Shown: positions 58,401 to 64,000 of the stretch, piece after piece
How the letters are laid out: each line of letters begins with the position of its first letter
Position numbering within the stretch: the stretch's first letter is position 1
Assembly (NCBI GenBank): GCA_048772705.1
Contig: JBLWGC010000216.1
Coordinates: 62,001-126,000 of the forward strand
Source: Leidyana gryllorum EB-2025a
Taxonomy: Eukaryota; Protista; Apicomplexa
Direction: 5' to 3'
Length of the DNA stretch: 64,000 nucleotides
Translations under genes and position numbers: made by a program
The notes under the pieces: model-generated
Told to the model about the DNA's origin: nothing
The model's database searches: none
What the model saw: the letters and a program-made list of their open reading frames with translations, nothing else

Positions 58401-60301
58401 CGTGACAGACTCTGCCTCTTCTTTCTCCTGTTGAGACTCGAATCCGCAGTTCACAGTGCTGGCGAGATCGTCCACAATGCTTGGATCCACATAACAGTCT
58501 CCAATTCGTATGCCAAGTCCTGTGACGTCGTTGAGTGTGACTTCCAAATTGTCGCTGCCCACAACCCTTAGAATTCGATCCGTCCGTTGCTTGTCAAATA
58601 TGAGAAGCAACGGGTGGCCACTGTAGCCCTTCGCAGTCTCGGACGACAAGAGATACGTATGACTGGTGACATTGACGACCTCAGACCCACAGTATACGCT
58701 ATCTTCACAAGGATAGAAGCTGAAAGGTTGCAGATAATTACACTCTCCGCTATTAACTGCTCACCAATAAGGACGTCCCGTAATCTTTCCGGTCTTTGAA
58801 ACGCGATCTACGTCTTCTCCGCATATCAAGTCGCACATTGTTGTCCATTGAAAGTCGCTCAGCGTCGTCGCAGACACCCGACTCAGCACACCAAGCGTGG
58901 GGTCAAAGACTGTACAAGTTCGCCATACTCCCCGAGAGCTCAGTAAGAATATGCCACTACTACTGATGATCCACAAAGTGTCGTCTCCCTCTTTCCGGAA
59001 ACTCTGCTCCCCGCTTAGAGCACCAGGGGTCACAGAAGCCGCCGGCAGGGGATTCCGGAACAGAGTGTGGGCACTCCAAGGCAGATTCCCTGCCAACAAT
59101 TTCAGAATCATCACCAGCCCGTGGTCGCGGGGGCGCAGGGCGACGGAAGCCACCCAGGCTGTGTTCTGATGACCAGATGCATAGACTTGCTGCGTCAAGG
59201 TCATAAGTAGAAAGAAACAACGACAGTGTACCTACCGCGGAGCTCTGGAACAGCCCCTCCAATTGTATTTCCTCCACTCCTCGATCCGATATTCGCGGGG
59301 TTATCAACCAATCAGCCAGCCGGATGTCTGATCGGCGCTTGTATCGTTTGGTCTGAAACAAATCCAGCCCGGCTTTCCTGCTCGTCATGTCAATGACAAA
59401 AGCATCCAGCAGTCGAATATCAATTTCCGCTGCGCCCAGTTCCAAGGAACATCGCAGTCGTGCCACATCATGAGCTCCATGTGACAAACCGGCATCATCA
59501 TGTTCTTCAGCTTGACATTCACACGTCTTGACCAACTCCTCTATCTCCGCGTGATCTGACATATTGCTACTCCCATCACTCAGTGTACTGTGATCCTCAA
59601 AATCATTCTCCAAGCCCATGTCATCACCCGGCAGCTGGGTCACAGTGGCAGATGCTGACCCCGTGTCACCCATTAGACTATCCACAAACGATATTGAGAC
59701 ATTAGCATGGTGATCAGGAGGCTTGTCCCCCAGCATCAGCTGCCATTCAACCCATACAAACAGGGATGGCAGAACCTCAGCGAAAAGCAGTACTCGGGAG
59801 TCCTCAACATTCAGACAATACAACGGGTTTCGCTTAAGTGGCCACGTCGATGCGTTAGGTCCGATGCATGGCGAAAACCCGCTTGTGTCCAAATATGCAT
59901 CTCGAACCCTTTGATCCGATAGCAGAGACATGCGAGCCAGCACCGAAGGCGTCAAAGTGTCGCTGTGCCACACATAGTGAATAAGCTACAAGGTTCAGTA
60001 TAGGCAGAGCACATCAAAACCTTACCACCAGCTCTCGAGTCAATACAATCAGACCATCATGTGTCACCGTGCGAGGCCACGCACCAGCGGCTACTGGGTT
60101 CCGCCATACGGCAGCGGCAATTATATCCCAGCGTGCACCCTTGATTGAGCCATTGTGTGATACGAAACGCCAGCAGTCCCTGTTTACACGCAGTTCATAA
60201 ACGATAGAGTCCTCCACCGAAACTTGGAAGTCTTTGATGCTCAGCAGCTCGCTCTGACAACTATCAGCCTCCCTAAACTGCTGGATACTGACGGCTTGCA
60301 T
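55409..60301 (-). CDS. CPSF160/DDB1-family triple beta-propeller protein (CPSF1-like, divergent, multi-exon)
   Basis: About 1500 beta-rich residues. The C-terminal CPSF_A-like region reads GEIPLDV...ILCIGTS...RGRLLV...YICDVKTVRNYFVIA. The ORF ends at TAA TAG TGA. Confidence 0.65.
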
Positions 60302-60344
60302 CCCGCCACCACACCTTTATTTTTCCACACATGTTTGTCACCCG

Positions 60345-61808
60345 ATGAAGCTGGAGGGCATTCAAGTTCAAGATGTGCAAACGGCGAGGATCTTGTATCA
60401 GAAACGATTCCCCCTATGGACAAATAGTTCTTCGGACTGGATAACTAGCAAAGACCGGTCGAAACATGATTGTGTCAAATTGATGGGGCCCTCAACACAG
60501 GCAGCTGAGGTTCAACAGATAGCGCAGGATTTTTCTGACACAGCTGCAAGTCTGGGAGTGAACAACGCGGTTGGAGCTGCACTTCTGGTAGAAACTGCCC
60601 TCGGACCAGATGGCTCCCCCAGCCTATCCTTCCCTGATTTCGTACACACCCTCTTCCCGTCCGAATTTGGATGCAAGGAATCACTTTTAGACAAAATGAA
60701 GGAGACCATCATGGCAGATAGTGTGTCAAAAAGCAAGGACAAGCCTCGTCTGGGACGCGGCTCAGGGGTCGGTCTAGGAGGAGGAGGTCTACTGGACTCG
60801 GGGTCCAATATATGGTGGCGACGCAGCGGTTGTCAGTACCCACAGGTAGATCCGATCATGTTACTTACGTGAACAGTTCAGCCAGAACCAATTGCTCATT
60901 GACGTGGAAGAAACTCTGAAATGCACATTGAGCGACGACGAGGTGATATGCTCTGTCCTGGATGGGCGACTGTTGGTACAAGTAGGTAGTGAGGCCATTC
61001 GACTACGTGTATTTCCCTACTCAGGCCTCCCTAACCGGGCTGCCGGATGTACAGGTCATCATGGAAGGCAGGAATATGATGGAAGACATTACTTTACACC
61101 CTTGCGTTCTCGCCAAACAACGCAATGACAGCCTGGCCTTCGATGGCTCGATCGCGAAGTCAGATTCCCCGAAGGCATGTGAAACAAGCCTCGACATGAG
61201 CTTCGTTCCACCTGACCATCCATTCACCTGTTTGCGATACCTCACCCCCCCAGGCGTCTGGAGACCCCCAGTGTCTCTTAGAGGACGATGGCAATGGACA
61301 GAGCAGGGGGATTGCACCCTCACTCTGCAAATGTCGCGACCGGTGAGTAGTGAAACCTTCCATCGTCTGACACGATGTAGATGCATATCGGGTTCACCAA
61401 CAAACTTGGAACCGGGGAACCGTGGTTGCTCGATGATGTAACCATCATGCTACCGCTCAGCCCTCAGGTGATCGATGTTCGCTCGTCAGCAACAGTCGGA
61501 ACACCACTGTGGCGAACGGCGGCTCATGCCATAGAGTGGCAGATCGAAAGTCTCGATGCAACGAAGGCAAACGCCAAGCTTACTTTACACTTCTCCTCTG
61601 TCACCCGCCTACCTCTTTCTCACAGATACGAAGGTAGGCCGTCTTACTGGATATGCTCATTTGCCCCTCAGCCCGCATGACTTTCAGAGCTCGCCGGTGG
61701 TCCCTCAGCGGCGTGCGGCTGGCGATGGTAAACTGTAGCAAGATGGAAGGAATTTTCACGAAAGGCGGTCGTCATACGGTGCTTGGCGACATTCAATTTC
61801 TTCTATGA
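60345..61808 (+). CDS. AP3M: Adaptor complex medium subunit, AP-3 mu-like
   Basis: IWWRRSG..Y..NQLLIDVEETL, LTGLPDV, LHPCV, SFVPPD..F..Y, LSGVRL and KGGRH. Confidence 0.8.
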
Positions 61809-61881
61809 TATTTCAAGCATTCTTTCTTGCCAGAACTTGTTGATATATAAAGCTTAAATCAAAAAATCATAGCTCAGTCGC

Positions 61882-62446
61882 TCAAACAGAGAAGTTGGGT
61901 ACATAGAATGTGTTGAAGTAGGTGAGGAAGGCTCTGCATCCGTCGAGTCTCAGTCCGTAGACCGAATTGAGTGTGCAAACCCGGTTGGCCATGGCGGCTT
62001 TAACAGCCAGGCCAACTTCAAGCATGGAAGCAGACAGGTCCTCCGAGCCAGCAATAAACTTACGGATCCAGCGATCAATGACAACCATCTAAAGAGAATT
62101 TCGACCCGCTTCATGACCGATTGCTCACCATTGCGTTAAAGTCTTCATTTCGTTGAGTGAGATTATTTGGATCTTCCTGGAACCGGCGCTGGATCTGGCG
62201 GTAAAGCGGTTCGATAGAAGCCAGTTCGCGCCACTTTTTGGACAACGTTTCCTGACACACAAAGGTCAGAGCAGGCTTGGGAAGGTATGACATGATGTCG
62301 TGTGTGAGGTCCAGATCGCGGTGCATGGCAGTCAAGATCCAGTTGGACAGATATTCTTGGGTCGTCAGGTGGCAGTCATTGGCTGCTACGGGGTTGAAAA
62401 GGGTGGCAAAAAGCCAGATTGCACAAGTTAGAAGTCCGCGGAACAT
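61882..62446 (-). CDS. Small secreted hypothetical protein, 1 intron
   Basis: Signal peptide MFRGLLTCAIWLFATLFNPVAA; two exons with spaced Cys. Confidence 0.6.
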
Positions 62447-62511
62447 TGCACACACGTTCGCAGATCTGGTTACAAGGAGACGTGACGCAAGCACGAGTAG
62501 GATGTAGTATA

Positions 62512-62994
62512 TTACTGATCTTCGTTGTGAACCATGTTGGGGATACCATGCAAAATGGGATACTCATGATTACATTTAGGGCATTTCAATGACCCTTCCA
62601 GTATATGCAACTCAATCAACGCTTTGTGCACTGCTTTCAGAATAGTTTCGTCCTCCATGTCTTGATCGGTGAGGTCATTTGGGACAGCGAGTTCGAACTG
62701 CAGGGGATGGTTTAGTAGATTAGAAGCAGCGTTTTACCTTGGCGGCGGCTTGGACGAAGGCTTCCCATTCCAATCTCTCTCTGATATGTTTCAAGAAATT
62801 TGGTTTGAGCTCTGCTTCGATCATGTCATGCGATTTAAGGTCTGTGCCTTCGAGCTGGGCCAGCTCCTCAGGAGTGGCCAACTTAATATCCAGAGGGAAT
62901 CCGCCACATCCCTTCTTATTGCTGGAGTTGGGTAACATTAATATCTCATTGACGATCCCTACCACTGCATCACATTGTGGGTTATGAGTCGCAT
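62512..62994 (-). CDS. TRM112: Methyltransferase activator Trm112
   Basis: Spliced MRLITHNVMQC..GFPL...FLKHIRERLEW...HKALIELHILEGSLKCPKCNHEYPILHGIPNM. Confidence 0.9.
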
Positions 62995-63004
62995 GGCTGA
63001 AATT

Positions 63005-64000
63005 TCAGAATTTTGGACTGTCTAAAGTTAATCCGTCAGTGGCAGAGAGTTTGGCTCCTTCCAAAGCTTCTTCCAGGAGGCGTTTGCGTTCCACGGCCAG
63101 AGCATCTTGAACAAAAGCACTGTCTTCCATAACTGTTTTGACTGCGTCTTGGACAACCAGGAAGTCGCCCTTGATGACTTCCCAGACAGCCTGCATCATT
63201 GAATGTGTTGTGAAAGATTTGGACTGAGTGCTTACTCTAAGATCGAAGCCATATTCAAAGAGTGTGACGCCGACCATGGCTTCGTAGAAGTCTGCGATAC
63301 ATTTATATTTGTTGTAGGAGACCTTCGGGTCGACAAAGTCGGGGAACCCTTCTGTACCGCCAGTCAGCTGAGGCAGACGAGCGACTTCCTCGTCTTCGTC
63401 GTCGTAGGTGCCCATATCAGGCTGCTTGATTCCCCACTTCTCCTCCTGCTCATCAATGATCTCTTGTTTACAGCGATCGAAATCCTCGGCGGGTGGAACG
63501 TGAGTGAGTCTCAGTTGTAACTGATCGAGATCCAGCCACCGTTTATCTCTGGGACCGCCCTCGTAGAACATGAGGGCACTCGCTTTGATTCTGCTTCTGT
63601 CTTTACGGTTGCCGAGCAGCTTGCGAAGCATTACACGAGTCAGATACCGATTTGACTGTAAAATGCCCCTCACAACGGACAGATGTCCCTCACGGGCGTC
63701 CGGGAAGCTCTTGTTGAGCCACTCGGTCATCAGCAAGGCGAGTGCCGCATCTCCGAGATACTCTAAGCGTTGGTAGTCTCCCCAGGGCAGCTCGTCAAAG
63801 TATTTCCGAGCGCTCGGCTCGACGCGAGCTTCGGACAGCAGGCTGTAAACATCATCCCTCACTGACGTTTTCCCCGCGATCGGCGCAAACCAGGCCCTCA
63901 ACACCTTCGCGTTTGACTCGCGTGGCGCTTGATGAGTGCTGAGTAGGTAGTGGTCTAACCTCCATTTCAAAGAGCGATCAAAGTCATATCCCATCACAGG
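63005..64000 (-). CDS. RNase III domain protein, Dicer-like C-terminus (5'-truncated)
   Basis: YQRLEYLGDAAL, FPDAREGHLS..R..SN and KCIADFYEAMVG. The frame is open to the window edge; no dsRBD follows the domain. Confidence 0.8.
   Translation of the reverse strand, partial: PVMGYDFDRSLKWRLDHYLLSTHQAPRESNAKVLRAWFAPIAGKTSVRDDVYSLLSEARVEPSARKYFDELPWGDYQRLEYLGDAALALLMTEWLNKSFPDAREGHLSVVRGILQSNRYLTRVMLRKLLGNRKDRSRIKASALMFYEGGPRDKRWLDLDQLQLRLTHVPPAEDFDRCKQEIIDEQEEKWGIKQPDMGTYDDEDEEVARLPQLTGGTEGFPDFVDPKVSYNKYKCIADFYEAMVGVTLFEYGFDLRVSTQSKSFTTHSMMQAVWEVIKGDFLVVQDAVKTVMEDSAFVQDALAVERKRLLEEALEGAKLSATDGLTLDSPKF

Noticed and set aside
400-64000. Functional clustering of RNA-processing genes
   Set aside because: About 10 of 38 genes, interspersed with unrelated ones; compatible with a reduced genome rich in housekeeping genes.
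1-64000. Alternative genetic code or non-canonical introns
   Set aside because: Conserved proteins translate cleanly with the standard code, all three stops are used, and all introns I resolved are GT-AG.

Overview
This is a very compact eukaryotic window (~52% GC by eye) with about 38 protein-coding genes and mostly 43-58 nt GT-AG introns, so the ORF track splits most genes; I reassembled them by hand from splice signals. A secreted integrin-beta-like vWA protein, a DUF3228 protein and the overall gene set suggest an apicomplexan, most likely a gregarine (inference). Recognisable genes: RBM42, Cys-type GPx, Aquarius, five tandem SLC35F6-like transporters, an FHA protein, RSL1D1, a Nup35-like RRM, AMPK-beta, CWC25, CFIm25, CIA2/FAM96, GET3, an NYN nuclease, Vps18-like, AdoMetDC, an F-box protein, a CBM48-PTC7 phosphatase fusion, CPSF160-like, AP-3 mu, Trm112 and a partial Dicer-like RNase III. 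Intergenic gaps are usually 10-70 nt and some CDSs overlap. The clearest exception is a ~1 kb AUG-depleted leader before AdoMetDC. It holds two same-frame uORFs, and the second ends in Pro-Ser-stop, the signature of polyamine/eIF5A-sensing uORFs. The other main findings are an AUGA stop/start overlap between CIA2 and DUF3228, an AAATTT-like element beside many start codons, and the starch-binding PP2C fusion. I found no rRNA, tRNA, CRISPR array or transposon. Exon boundaries and family calls come from motif recognition by eye, not database searches.
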